DNA of 61,747 nucleotides, counting the filler, from Choristocarpus tenellus KU-1152 (taxonomy: Eukaryota > Protista > Phaeophyceae): NCBI GenBank assembly GCA_964200185.2. It is 11 parts of 11 records of this genome, joined end to end, with 100 filler letters (N's around TTAATTAATTAA, not from the genome) between each part and the next. Parts side by side here need not be neighbours in the genome. Positions count along the whole stretch, not along the records: positions 36,950 to 48,510 come from CAXNAD020002252.1; positions 48,611 to 51,388 come from CAXNAD020024834.1; 9 more parts are not named here. One strand, written 5' to 3'. Shown in pieces: positions 38,808 through 51,488 of this stretch (the stretch's first letter is position 1; each line of letters begins with the position of its first letter). Both the position numbers and the translations under genes were made by a program. The notes under the pieces are model-generated. The model was given only the letters and a program-made list of their open reading frames with translations. It had not been told where the DNA came from and did not search any database.

Positions 38808-39260
38808 TGACCGTAACCACTGAACTATTCTCTGTCTCCTGTTCTCTGTGCTCCTCCTTCAAAATGCCAAGAACTTCCGACTTCACCTGCCTCCAAGTTT
38901 CTTCAGCATGCTCTCATTCTCTGGAATCCCAAAAGGATTTGAGTGGTGGGGTCCAGACAAGTAGCCAGGATCTGCTTCCACCTAAACCCTCGGGGCTGCC
39001 TGTTCTCACCCTCAGACACCTGAGCTATATTCCTCCCTGTACCTAAGTGGTTCACAAAATCAGATTGCATCATGCCTGCGCACTGGCATACAGCTCTTTT
39101 ACTTCCACTTGTTCAGGGTGCCACAGGCTTGCACTGTTTTCTCCAGCTCCCACTCGTACATAATGGGGACAACAGAGACACTGCCACATATGTGTAACTC
39201 TCAAGAGACTTCTGTGCTTTCATGATGACAGAAGTTACTATTCTTAGCTAGACTGATCAC
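38808..39260 (-). mobile_element. hAT-superfamily transposase remnant
   Basis: Frameshifted reading AQKSLESYTYVAVS(L)VVPIMYE ... EGENRQPRGFRWKQILATCLDPH matches the hAT blocks 'T..LEG..Y.T.S.V.P' and 'LAT.LDPR'. Confidence 0.62.
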
Positions 39261-39463
39261 CTGATACAGCAAAGGAGTAAGTGAAAAAGAGGTGAGATGG
39301 GAGATGTGGAAGGATGCTTTAATATTAGAGAAGTATGTAAGACAGAGAAGCAAATAAAAGAGTCTCAACACCTAAACGACACACATGGCCTGGTCTTGTA
39401 CTATCTACCACCGTTCTCTCACCATCACCACTCAAGATAATACTACTCCAGCACCATGGAACG

Positions 39464-39722
39464 GAGTGAAAGCATCTTAGAGGGTACGAGTTTTGCCCTG
39501 TTTGTCCATTCGGGGCTTGGCTTCCCATGTTTTTTTTAAAAGACATTTTCCTACTCCAAAATGTTTCGGAGTAGGTAAAATGCATACGTTATGAAAAGGT
39601 GTTTCTGGAACAAGGATATTGACGCTTAACAGAAAAATGATAGCCAAAATTACATCAAAATCGCAACATCGGATTTTGGCCCCCAAATGGACGCGGCTCT
39701 ACCCTCTAAGATACTTTGACTC
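39464..39722. mobile_element. MITE family A, full copy (259 bp)
   Basis: GAGTGAAAGCATCTTAGAGGGTA ... TACCCTCTAAGATACTTTGACTC; flanked by AACG/AACG. Confidence 0.93.
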
Positions 39723-39889
39723 AACGCACACCGAAACCACCCATTTTCTCCGACGATGACTCTTCAAGGGACACCTTTACAATGACTTTTGTAGGAATCT
39801 TGAGCTTCGTGGTGCCATGGGCCCACTGCATTCTGATTCAGAGCAGCTCCCCCCATCAGTCATTACAACCCCCACCACCACCTCCACAT

Positions 39890-40227
39890 CTAACTGTGAG
39901 GAACGCAACAACTAGGTATTCAGTGTACTCCTTGCCACCTGCCTCGGACCTGCCCAAGACCTTCTGTACGGACTACAGCAGCACAACGTAACCAACCTCA
40001 ACGACAGCCTCTCTGCTTGACATGCGCTGACAACGAAGTATGAGGTGACCACTGAAAAACGGATGCGCACTGTCCACTACCGGTTTGAACAGTGCACGAT
40101 GGAACCTGGTGAGGATCCTGACTAGCGGCTCCTTCAGCTCTACCGGGCCAAGGCTGAACTTGAAGGATTTAGCAAGAGACCATAAGAGACTTCCCCCTGC
40201 AGGCAGCCCTCCTCTCTGGACGATGTT
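39890..40227 (+). mobile_element. Ty1/copia gag (UBN2-type) remnant
   Basis: Translation SA*HALTTKYEVTTEKRMRTVHYRFEQCTMEPGEDPD*RLLQL fits the copia gag pattern 'W..L..KYE...M..GEDPD'. Confidence 0.6.
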
Positions 40228-40409
40228 GGCTCAAAGTATCTGGGGGGGGATGGCGGGTGTCCATTCAAAGCCCATTTTTCCATGTTTCGATTTTTATGTG
40301 ATTTGGTTGCATGTGTCGGATAGATAATGTAAGTGCACTTTCCCTGGTCAGGATTCGAATGGACACCTTGGTGTAGACCCCCCACACACATACACAGATA
40401 CTTTTAGCT
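40228..40409. mobile_element. MITE family B, full copy (182 bp)
   Basis: GGCTCAAAGTATCTGGGGGGG ... CAGATACTTTTAGCT; flanked by GTT/GTT. Confidence 0.85.
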
Positions 40410-42370
40410 GTTCTTCAGAGCCAATTACACTTCCATTCTGTGAAAGCCCACCTGTGACACCACTGCTACCAGCCTGACCATCATCCGCGGTGATGCCTCC
40501 ATCGCCACATCACCCCCACTCCACCATCTTCACCTAATACACCCACAACTTCTCCCTGCAACTACCATGTCCGCCACCACCACCTACACAGTCACCACAT
40601 CCTTCTCTACCTCTGCTCCGCCCGACATGTGGGATCAGGATTCCAATGCCCACTATTCCTACTGCTCCACTATCATTCCCTAAAGCACTCTGACCTGAAG
40701 CCACTGCCACTTCCACTCACCTTATCAACCTTCCACATTCTAAACACCGTCAACTGACTACCTGTTCGGTAGTACAGGGGGATTTACTAAAAGTTCAAAT
40801 AGAGCATTGGGTTGATGTTCACAATGTTAAATTAGCGGATTTGAAAATTGTAAAGAATTTAGGCCCCGTGTTGAAGCGACAATGTACTACATTCTATAGA
40901 TCAAAGGAGATTTACTTCAAGAAAACATATATACAATATGTATGACTCACCTTGAGCAAGCGTTCCAGGCATTAAGATCGATGGGCTTGGTTGGGTTGTC
41001 AACAGTGTGGGCCTCAACGCACTATCTGTCGCACTGAAGCACATGTTCCGAGAACCAGCTCCAGAAAGGAGTCAGATAATGTGGAGAGACCCTGGAGAGA
41101 TAGAGAGGGTGAAACGTGGTAAGAGGTGCGTCCTCTCCTCAAAGCACAGAAAATAGAGCGGAAGAGACAAAAAAAGGAGACATATCTATTCATTCACAAG
41201 ACGTCACACTGACAACACAGCTGCCTTCACCAACTAGTCCAGGGCAGGAAACTACTGCTGATTTTCTGACAGTTGGATGAACAATAAAATGCTAAAATAC
41301 CAATCTAATTAATCACTTCATTCCATCATCTGTAAGACGAGCACAAGTCTACATATCTACGAGGTAAAATGGGATGACGGCAAGAAGCAAAACGCTCAAC
41401 AACACTACAGCACTACCTAGAACCTCCTGCGAAGAACTGGTTCTGGATGTGTCCCGAGTACACATTATAGAAGATGTCACATGATACCTCTCTTGCCCTT
41501 TCTTACGCCCCTGCTTCTGGTTTCCTTACTGTTGCTGTGTTAATCTGAGACGCATTGACCTTTTTTTGGCATAGTTGGAAGCTATTCCCACAATGTTCGG
41601 TGTAGACACACTTGTTTTTACTGATTTGTTTGAGTTCCCATTTTTACTTGGAGGGTGAATATTGCATATTATACGCATCGTTGTTTCACATTTTAAACAT
41701 AGATTTTGTCCCCATTTCTTAACTGACCTGCGTAGAGGGTAGGGTGTCAGCACGTTGTTTGTGGTGCAGTTAGACAATATTTTATCCTGAAACAAAAGAT
41801 TACCAACATAACGATAGTCATTTACTTCGTTTGCAGCTCTCTCAATTTGATTGAAAAGATATCCTCGTATTGCACCTTTATTCTGATTCATTCAGAGCAT
41901 CAACAAATAAAGTGTGCGAGTTGTATGAGAAAGTCTTTGAAGACAAAATTTCTTACCACAACTCCAATTTTGGAATGGAGCAGGAACATGGCAGGGTATT
42001 TTCCAAACCACCCTTCTCTCTCACCAAATTTCAATACTGTAGATAAATGAACTCTCTTAGTAAGTCATTCTGATACTTTATTCAGCTTCTCCTTCTACTC
42101 CCTGCCAGCAATCGATGTCCGTTCTGAGCGTCCTCTCTTCTGTACTGAGACCTTCCATTTGTTTTGAGGGACCTATATATAATATTCTACATATATATGA
42201 AACTATGAAATAGGGTAAATTTCAGTTGGGAAGATAATGTACAAATGTTCACCACAAACTTGTAAGGAACTGAATCTCATATCACGCAACGGTTTAAAAC
42301 AATGGGAAAAGAGTATGCACGCAATCCATGTGTGTGCTTGATCTGTCACGTCGATGTTGTGTAAGATCTT

Positions 42371-42487
42371 GATCAATAACTTTCAAAATATATTTATCTT
42401 TTCTTTGTTGTTGTATGTGTCTAGACAGATCAATAACTTTCAAAATATATTTATCTTTTCTTTGTTGTTGTATGTGTCTAGACAGAT
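42371..42487. repeat. Perfect 57-bp tandem duplication
   Basis: GATCAATAACTTTCAAAATATATTTATCTTTTCTTTGTTGTTGTATGTGTCTAGACA x2. Confidence 0.93.
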
Positions 42488-43486
42488 TGGTATGGCATCG
42501 AATTCCCACTGTCATTATTTTATTTTCGAGATCTTGAGTTAAAATCAACGCCAGAGGAATAATAGAATCATGTTCAACAATATATTTCGACACGTATTCT
42601 ATTTCTATTATGCGACATTTTGGAGACACGTGATGGAAAATATGTAATTATTTTGACTACTAAAAATATGTATCTTATCTAATTCCTTGTTTGTATCATA
42701 TACAAACTTCCCTACGAACTGGTTTAGAAACGGACCAACTATGTGACGAGAGGTTAGAACATAACATTTTTTGTATTTTGAGAGAGAAAGCAAAAATGGT
42801 TGTAGATACCACTAAATAGTTCCTACAACACTTCTTACTTCTAAGTAAATGCTTCGATTTATGTATAAAAAAAGTCCATGCTTTCATATTAACAGGAGTT
42901 TACTATGGCTATTAATTGAAGCAATATAAACAGGAAGAGATAAAGTAAACGGGTGTTGTTGTAGTTGGTGGCAGTAACTTTGTTTTTGAAGAGTAGAGTG
43001 AAGTTTTCCAAATCATGTAAGGATTTCTGTAGTCGGATGAAGCGCCATTGGCTGTCTCTGGTTAACCGTGATAATTATTATTTAACAGAATGAAGACTAA
43101 TATTTTACTAGAATCCGTAAATGTCAGGAATAGGTCTTACAGAATAAATTATTTGGGATCTCCAGGTATGAATGGTGTCGTAGAAGCACAGTGAGAGAGG
43201 AGATAAGAATTATATTATGGTTTTGTGATAATGGGTCTTAAGGACACCACAAAGAGAAAGAATGGTGTACCATTATATACTTTTCTTTATTGCATCATTG
43301 ACTATTAGTGTGTGTATCGATTACTCCAACCCATTATATATTATTATGCCCTCTCACATTTTGCCCAGTGTAAGATACACAATCGTAGTACGGTCAATCC
43401 GTAACATTGTTAGTTACGTTTTATTAGATCTCTTGTAATAAAATCAAATATTCTTACACTGCACACCATAACTTGCACCTGTGGTT

Positions 43487-43535
43487 GGTGTGTGGTATGT
43501 GGTGTGTGGTGTGTGGTATGTGGTGTGTGGTGTGT
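43487..43535. repeat. 7-bp microsatellite (GGTRTGT)n
   Basis: Read directly. Confidence 0.85.
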
Positions 43536-44299
43536 AGAAGGCCCCAATCGAGCCCTTCGTTGTTGTGGTGTTCTGTTATGTCCATTACATTAACATGTGT
43601 TTCTTGTTATCAACATAACTGAAAAATGTCGTTGGGGATGGATATAAAAGTCTATCTTACGCACTTAGAACACAAGTTGTACTGCATCGCTTATTTTACC
43701 TTGCCTGCATTGGACTCAACTGTCACCAGTCTTGTTCGTCGAATCGTGGGTTGGATGTAGTTCTCGTACTTCCTAATGAACTCTTCCAACATTATTTTAT
43801 TTTATGGGGTACGGTCAAGGGGTTCTTTTGTTTAATTTCTTAGTGAAAGATATGATATATTCCATGTCTTTACCTTGTAGAATTTGGATCATGGGCATTA
43901 GTTGGAAGTAGAGCCAAAATACACATGTAGAACGAACTCCATCTCAAGTAGGTCCGCATTTGAAGTTAAGAGTTCATATTTTACAATAGATCACCATTTG
44001 ATCCTGTTACAATATTTTTTCCTTATAACATCCAAGATCATTGTTGACCAGAATTTTTTTCCGTCTCTCAGACCTTACTTACAAGAAGAATTTTACAAAA
44101 TCGGACGCGGGAAAATCGAACCTCTTCAAAAGTCCGGCATATCATTCATTCACCGTAACCCTCAAGCAGTTCCTAGTCAGCTCCCAGGTTGCCCAACTTC
44201 TTCACATACTCCGTGCCCACCTCTCCTAACATCATCAATACAAGAGTGAGCATTCGCGTCCCCCCACCTTTTCCTTGAAGCTAGAGACAATACACAACC

Positions 44300-47200
44300 A
44301 TGTTGCGCTCAGCATACCGCCAAGTGGAGACTCTGCGGCAGTCTGTCCGCCGTTCAAATGGTACAATCAGCAAACTCAGGGTCCTTCAGTATCGACCAAG
44401 AGGTCTGTTGGGTAGTCCGTCATCTCTTTCACTACGGAACTCTAGTGCATCATCCTGCGGACAGATATGGGCTGCGACTGCCGCCACGTGTGGCGACGAA
44501 GTTGAGGCTAGGGACAAGGCTTTGGCCGCTGCCCTTGCTCTTGGGGCTATTCTGGGACTCTCAGCAATGTCAAACGAGGTGGGTAAAGCAATCTCTTATT
44601 GTTTCCAAGAGAGACTGTCAGTAGTGCGCCTTTCTCCACTTATTCCCTCCAGGATTCTCATTCAAGAAAGCGCTCGGGCTAGTCCAGCAATATCAACACA
44701 TACCACTGTACACACACTATTTCCCAACACTGTTACTTCAACAGGCAGAGTGCTGTGGTATCATGGGTGTGGTTGCCACGGGACAAAAGCGGGACTACGA
44801 TGCCCGCACACTACTGTTAGAGGTACGATCCTCCAGCTGATGAGAAGAGATATAGAACCTCATGCCAAGGGTGAAAATTTTCTGGAGACAACCAGGCCTT
44901 CATTTTCCAATTCCATCACTGCCTCAGACTTCAACCTAGTCTCTAGTCTTGACCAACCTTCTTTATAGCGTGGTGTCTTGCAATGTGGAGATGTCGTTGA
45001 AAGCAAGTTTTTACAAGAATCTTCTTATATGCAGTACTTGACCCTTGGTACCGACTTCGCGATTTAACTCAAACTTGTAACTGATCGTTTCCTCGAATGA
45101 AAATATATCTTCCTCATCCAGGGACTGTCGGTGCTGCGCAATCGCGGCTATGACTCGGCGGGAATGGCTACAGTCAGCCCTGACACCCACCTAATGGTTT
45201 CTAAGTACGCTTCTAGAGGTAATGCGTGCCTTAAGTATTTCTTTGTGCAATTCTGGCTACTCTTCCTCTCGGTTTTGTTTTTTGGGGCGGGCTGGGGATA
45301 TCATTTCAATTTGTTATAAGCTTAACTCACTCGAACACAACGAGAGGAGAGGAACGATCTACATATCATCTGATGATCGTACAAATGAAGAAGTTTCGAG
45401 AAGTCGGAATTCCACATCTTAAGCTTCCTCAGTATTCTAACTTATTCCTGTATAATTCTGTGTGTTGCCCACATAGGAAGCACAAACGACTCTTTCGAGC
45501 TTCTCAGGGATAACTCCGGCAACCACGTTGGTCACAGGGCCGGCATTGCACACACCAGATGGGCCACACACGGTAGAGAAAATGCTTTGTCTACACTGCA
45601 GACTTTCTTTTCAGTAGAGGTAGCAATTATCTTGGAGATGTCACAACCAGTCTCTAGAACCATGTCCAGTAAGGCATATTAAGTGATTATAGTACACCAG
45701 GTTGACCCTTCAAATTCCTTCTCCCCAGGAATGATGAAGTGTGACAATCACTCAATCTGTAATGTCAAAGTTTTGGAGTATGCTCGAGGATCAAGAAGGA
45801 GATACACACCTTTGCAAAGATCTGCTCACACACTGCCCTTTGGACGCTCTACTTATACAGCAATGACCTCTCCCTTGCATCCGCACATACCCCACTTTCT
45901 CTTCCCACTGATTGACATCTTGCTGGGCAGGTGGCAAGACTGACACAAACGCCCACCCACACACGGACTTCGGGCAGCGGATTGCCCTGGTGCACAATGG
46001 TACCATCAACAATGCACACGAGCTCCGACGCACCCTTGAAATGAAGGGTATTGAGTTCAGGTGTGTGCTAGAGGTATCCATCCATTCATTCAGCGGTCTG
46101 TCCCGAACTCTTGTCCGTAATGTTGCCCATCTGATTCTACCTTTGTTACACCAAATCAAAACACTGCACTTCCTTGAATTGTTGTATATGCCTTGTGTCT
46201 TAGGTCTGAGACGGACACAGAGGTGATTGCCCACTTGGTGGGCTTGGAGTTGGAGAATAATCCTGGCTGTGGGGTGAAAGACGCCTTAGCAAAGACAGTG
46301 ACTCAGCTTGACGGCACTTGGGGACTGGCAGTTATTGCCCACGAGCGGTGAGGACTCAGGGCATCCTTCGCCTGCCAAGAACAAAGGCTCTCTTGTTTGG
46401 CTACTAATCACAAACACTCACAATCCCCCCCTCCCACCCCACCTGCTGCCACTGCTCAGTCCTGATGAAATTGTGGTTGCTTGTAATGGTTCACCCATGG
46501 TGATTGGACTGGGCACTGACCACATCTTTGTGGCTTCGGAGACCGCGGCATTTAATGGTCATACCAAGAACTTTATTGCCATGCAGGTGAGATATTTGAG
46601 CAGGAAATAGACTGATAAACAGGTTCATGATGCGGACAAGCCCAGATGTCAAGTTTCACTTTCCAAGTGATCAAGCTGGAAACAACACTTGGCAATTGAA
46701 ACAGGATTGGCAAAGTGTTTTTCTCACTGTTTGTGGGTATGCAGAAGCATTTCGTTGAGCACAATATTTCCTCTTGAGTGTGTGGTAGCTGCTTGGTGAG
46801 ACGTAGAAGGTTAAGGGCTGTGTGAAATTTAGATGGGAACAATAAAAATTATGAGAGTAACCAAGCATAATTTCTCTCTCATCCACCTTCCCCCCATTGC
46901 TGCCCTTACACTGTTTTTTCAACCAAATGCAGGATGGAGAGATAGCTGTTATCAATCCTCACGAATGCTCGCTGGACACAGCCCGCATGGAGCAGGTGAT
47001 GAACAGATCTGGGGTCTACATCACAGTATTTATGAATGGTTCTTGTTTTTTTTACGGTGGTTCACTTCACTAAAATAGTAGATAGTGCAGAAATCCCTCG
47101 ATTCACCTCCCCACCATTCTTGCCCTCCTACTCCCATTCTTGTCACACAGGCGCCAGACCATGGTGTTGAGCTTAGCCCAGATCCTCATCCCCACTGGAC

Positions 47201-48225
47201 GCTGTATGAGTGTCTTCAGCAGCCCATGGCCATTGCCCGAGCCTTGGCCTTTGGTGGTGAGTTCAGTCTCCATCTAAACCAGTAGCAGCTTTTTTTGTTC
47301 TAGGTTGGAGTGTTGTGGAATTCACCCAAGTTCCAGGTTCATATTAACTTAATCTCTACCTTCCCTCTTCCTGTTATTGGGTCCCTGCATTGGCACCATT
47401 ATTAGGCCGCATGACTGACCAGTCCGGGGTGGTACTGGGTGGGTGTGATCGTAACAAGGAAAAGCTCAGGACTGTGCAAAACCTCATAATGACGGCCTGT
47501 GGGACCAGCCTGTACGCCTCTATGTATGGCGCCAAGCTCATGAGGGACTTAGGTTCGGTTGACACTGCCTTTGCTATGGTGAGGATTGAATATTTGATCC
47601 AAGCAACTGATCTCACATTCTATTTTGACAATATAAGCAGCAAAGTAAACCGTGATTGTTTCATGATGGTACTGAAACAGTCCACTTTACTGATAGCATT
47701 GTAGTTTAGATAGGCCTATATCGTATACGCCTCACCTTGCCCTGTACTATCTGTAGGACGCTGCAGAGCTACGCACTCAGGACATGCCTCATAGCCACGG
47801 AGGGATGATTGCTGTCAGTCAGAGTGGAGAAACAAGGGATGTCTTTAAGGGTAAGGTTGAAAGAGAGGACATGTTTTCCAGGTTGTTTGTTGGGGTAGGT
47901 AGGGTTTAAGTTGTGGGCGATTTGGGGTTACCCACAACGCTCTTGGCCACAGATGATTCTTAGGGGTTGGTGCCATAATAGTCAACATCTATCGCACCCT
48001 CCAAATGGCACTGCTCAAACGAACACTGTTCCTGTCCAAATGATCCTCAATCCCTTCATGTGTTGGTGGAACGAAGCTCTGAAGGCGGCAGAGAGTCTGG
48101 GCATACCTCGCCTGTCAGTGGTGAACGTAGTAGGATCTGCAATTGCCAGGGAGACCAAGATGGGAGTTTACCTCAATGCAGGTCGTGAGACTGCTGTGGC
48201 TTCCACGAAGGCCTTCACCACCCAG
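44300..48225 (+). CDS. glmS: Glutamine:fructose-6-phosphate amidotransferase (GFAT/GlmS), 3' truncated by contig end. Exons 44300-44578, 44745-44822, 45122-45218, 45477-45572, 45931-46060, 46204-46347, 46460-46586, 46933-46995, 47151-47256, 47406-47578, 47757-47850, 48077-48225
   Basis: All 12 exons are GT-AG and phase-compatible. Class II glutamine amidotransferase motifs: [52 protein letters not shown] domain motifs: [37 protein letters not shown]. Confidence 0.96.
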
Positions 48226-48362
48226 GTGGGCAGGGTATCTTGTTTGCATTACAGACTATGGATGGTGGCATCAGTCACAATGGTGTACTAAATAAAACCT
48301 TAGTCTCCTGTAAGCCAAATGAATCGTGTGCGCTAGTGCACCTGCTTGGACTGTGCAGGGTT

Positions 48363-48490
48363 GAACCAAAGTATCTGGGGGAGTGGGGGGGTCTACACCA
48401 AGGTGTACATTTGGACCAAAATCAGGAAAAGTACATTTACATTATCCATCCGACGTATGCAACCAAATCATCCCCCAGATACTTTGAGAC
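48363..48490. mobile_element. MITE family B, internally deleted copy, within a GFAT intron
   Basis: GAACCAAAGTATCTGGGGG ... CCCCCAGATACTTTGAGAC; opposite orientation to the 40228 copy. Confidence 0.85.
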
Positions 48491-48984
48491 TTTTAACTGA
48501 TAATATCAACNNNNNNNNNNNNNNNNNNNNNNNNNNNNNNNNNNNNNNNNNNNNTTAATTAATTAANNNNNNNNNNNNNNNNNNNNNNNNNNNNNNNNNN
48601 NNNNNNNNNNAAGTCAGTAGTTATATCCACATACACACACATACCATATCACAAACTTAGGGTTAGGGTTGACATAATCTCCTTGCACCTTACTGTTCGG
48701 TAGATCTTCACCTCAGAAAGAAGTATACCTTTTTTTTATTGTTAACAAAAAAATAAAAAGCCGACACACAAAAAAAAATCCGTTCGAAGGCGTATAGAAA
48801 ACCATGCCACACACGCCTCCTTGTTTTTTTCATAAGTAAATGTGTTTCTTTTATGTACCCTACAAGCGTCGAGAACCTTACCTAACTTACTTACCTAACT
48901 TACTTACCTTACCTTACCACACATCCCTGTGCTAGAGACAACTTGCCTGTATTGCTACACTCCGAGGTGTAACTGAAAAAGATG

Positions 48985-49034
48985 CATCTAAATCACTACA
49001 TCTAAATCACTACATCTAAATCACTACATCTAAA
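48985..49034. repeat. 14-bp tandem repeat (CATCTAAATCACTA) x~3.5
   Basis: Read directly. Confidence 0.88.
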
Positions 49035-49856
49035 GAACCCAACCCTTTACGGAGCAACTCAAAAAGATACATCTCACTGCATGACACGAAGAGTGGCAGT
49101 TACATGTCAGTTACATAAAATACCTGTGCGTGTGTGACACTCCAGAGCGTGTCAGAAAATCACAGTAGCGGGGTATCCTCCCGAAGAGGAGCTATGCCAA
49201 CTTCATTCTTATACATATATCTTATACAGACATACATATGCTAACAAACACAAACGTTATTTACACATAGAAGCAGGGTCTTCTGCGCAATGAATGCACC
49301 CTATGTAGTACATACCTACATACACATCTGTAGGTGACAAAAATGATTCCATGCCTTCCTCTTCACTACCAAAATCTTTGAAGGGTGTTGACACTGTGCT
49401 TACCCTGCCTCCTTTGCCTCTGGGGTCCCGAGAACCTCCTCGACCACAGAGTTGTTCCTGCAGTGGGGAATCCACAGAGCCCCCATAAACACTGTCGGGT
49501 TCGATATGACCAAGGCCTTGGGGGGGGGGGGAGGTGGCATAGAGGCGACACAACACAAAAAAAAACAGGTAACCAGCAAAAAAATAAAATGACAAGACTG
49601 GAAAAGAAGGTATACCTTGTTTCAAAGAGTACGCACACCATTATTATTATTATAGTAGATTATTAAGTACTACTTTATGCTGCTGGCAGCGAATGCCACA
49701 GGGCAATAGCAGCACTTTTATTATATTTTAGTTTCGTAAAAAAGAGAAGAGTGTGCTTCTGGCAGTACAACTGTCTCACCTTCCGCACACCATGGACAGG
49801 CTTCATTACATACATACATACATACATACATCCTATCAAAAACAAACACTCCGAAG

Positions 49857-50002
49857 TACTAAGTAATTGTTAATATTATCACATACTATAAAAATCAATA
49901 CTAAGTAATTGTTAATATTATCACATACTATAAAAATCAATACCAAGTCATTTTTAATGTTATTAAATCCTATAAAAATCAATACCAAGTCATTTATAAT
50001 AT
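49857..50002. repeat. ~42-bp AT-rich tandem repeat x~3.5
   Basis: TACTAAGTAATTGTTAATATTATCACATACTATAAAAATCAA x2, then diverged units. Confidence 0.85.
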
Positions 50003-50244
50003 TTTTTCATCCTAACCCTAAACCCTAAATAAATACATATTCACGTATTTGATTAAGAATGGAGGAGTATTGTTCTGCCGCTCTTGCTGATTCAGGAGAG
50101 ATGTAACAAAGGTTATCTCCTAGATACGACTGTCCAATGAGAATTCCTTACGCAGCACAGTACCTTGTGAGTTCGCCCCGGAGTACACCAAAAAGTCATT
50201 AGCCGCTTGCAAGCAATGTTCTCGTGCAAAAAAACATCACCCAT

Positions 50245-50433
50245 AAATATCTGATTCAAACACAAACATTGGATTCAAACACAAAAATCTGATTCAAACA
50301 CAAATATCTGATTCAAACACAAATATCTGATTCAAACACAAACATTGGATTCAAACACAAACATTGGATTCAAACACAAACATTGGATTCAAACACAAAC
50401 ATTGGATTCAAACACAAACATTGGATTCAAACA
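50245..50433. repeat. 19-bp minisatellite x~10 with two unit variants
   Basis: Constant GATTCAAACACAAA plus either CATTG or (T/A)ATCT. Confidence 0.92.
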
Positions 50434-51488
50434 ACTTTCCATTCCGAAACCCAAACTCAACATCTGCAGGTTACCCCCCACCAAGTACTTCCACGTGAGA
50501 GCGTGTGAGAAAAAATAAATAAAAGAGAGACACCCAGAGTTGTATATATTATATATATTTATATATAAAGTAATGTGTATGTCCAAAATATAAAAATAAA
50601 AAATAAAAAATAAAAAAGAACTAGAAAAAATCATAATTACACAATTTTTTATAGAGTTCGTAACACTTCTATTAAAGTATTAAAAATACTGCTTACAAGA
50701 ACAAGATGCTTGAACAAAAAAATCAAATTATCAATTTTAAAAAAAATAATTTGATAATTATACAGATATAAATGCAGATGCTGCAAAACTCAATGCATGT
50801 AATAAATCTTTTGTTTAATTAAAAATTCTAAATTACTCTTACTCAAAAAAAATTGGTATAAATTAAACCTAAGATATTTCATGGCGATAATTAATGAAAT
50901 AATTTGACAGAATTGTTCAGATGCGGTATAAACGCTATTAATTCATTATACATTGTAATAAAGATCCATTATTTTAAAATATTGAATTAAGTAAAATAAT
51001 AAAAGAGAAACCATAGAATTAGTGTAACCAAATTAGCATTTAGTCAATAAATTGCTCTAATTATACTACCCATTAAATTTATTTATGGTGCTAATAAATA
51101 AGAATTTGTAAATTTTGGGATATTATACTTTAGATCTTGATATTTTTCGGTTTACACTGTTAATTAAAATTGCATTTTTTTTTATATATAATACATATGT
51201 ACATATATTCTTAAGGAGATGACGAAAAAGGTATGCGAGAGCAAAAAATTCAACTGTTTGTTTGTTTGTTTACCAGACGAATATAGGACTTTTTCTCTTT
51301 TTTTTCTTTTTTTTCTTTTTTTTGGGGGGGGGAGGGGGGAGGGGGGAATCGTGTCAGAAAGGCTTTCGAACAACGGAGAAATAAAACANNNNNNNNNNNN
51401 NNNNNNNNNNNNNNNNNNNNNNNNNNNNNNNNTTAATTAATTAANNNNNNNNNNNNNNNNNNNNNNNNNNNNNNNNNNNNNNNNNNNN

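Noticed and set aside
44579-44968. 222-aa ORF 44300-44968 as a standalone protein
   Set aside because: It is GFAT exon 1 reading through intron 1; the true exon 2 is in another frame.
26599-48225. Functional cluster of acyltransferase, Ca2+ channel and GFAT
   Set aside because: The genes lie on different contigs joined by artificial spacers.
50245-50433. CRISPR-like array (constant 14 bp plus variable 5 bp)
   Set aside because: The variable part is only 5 nt and recurs in two or three forms. There are no unique spacers or cas genes and the context is eukaryotic, so this is a minisatellite.
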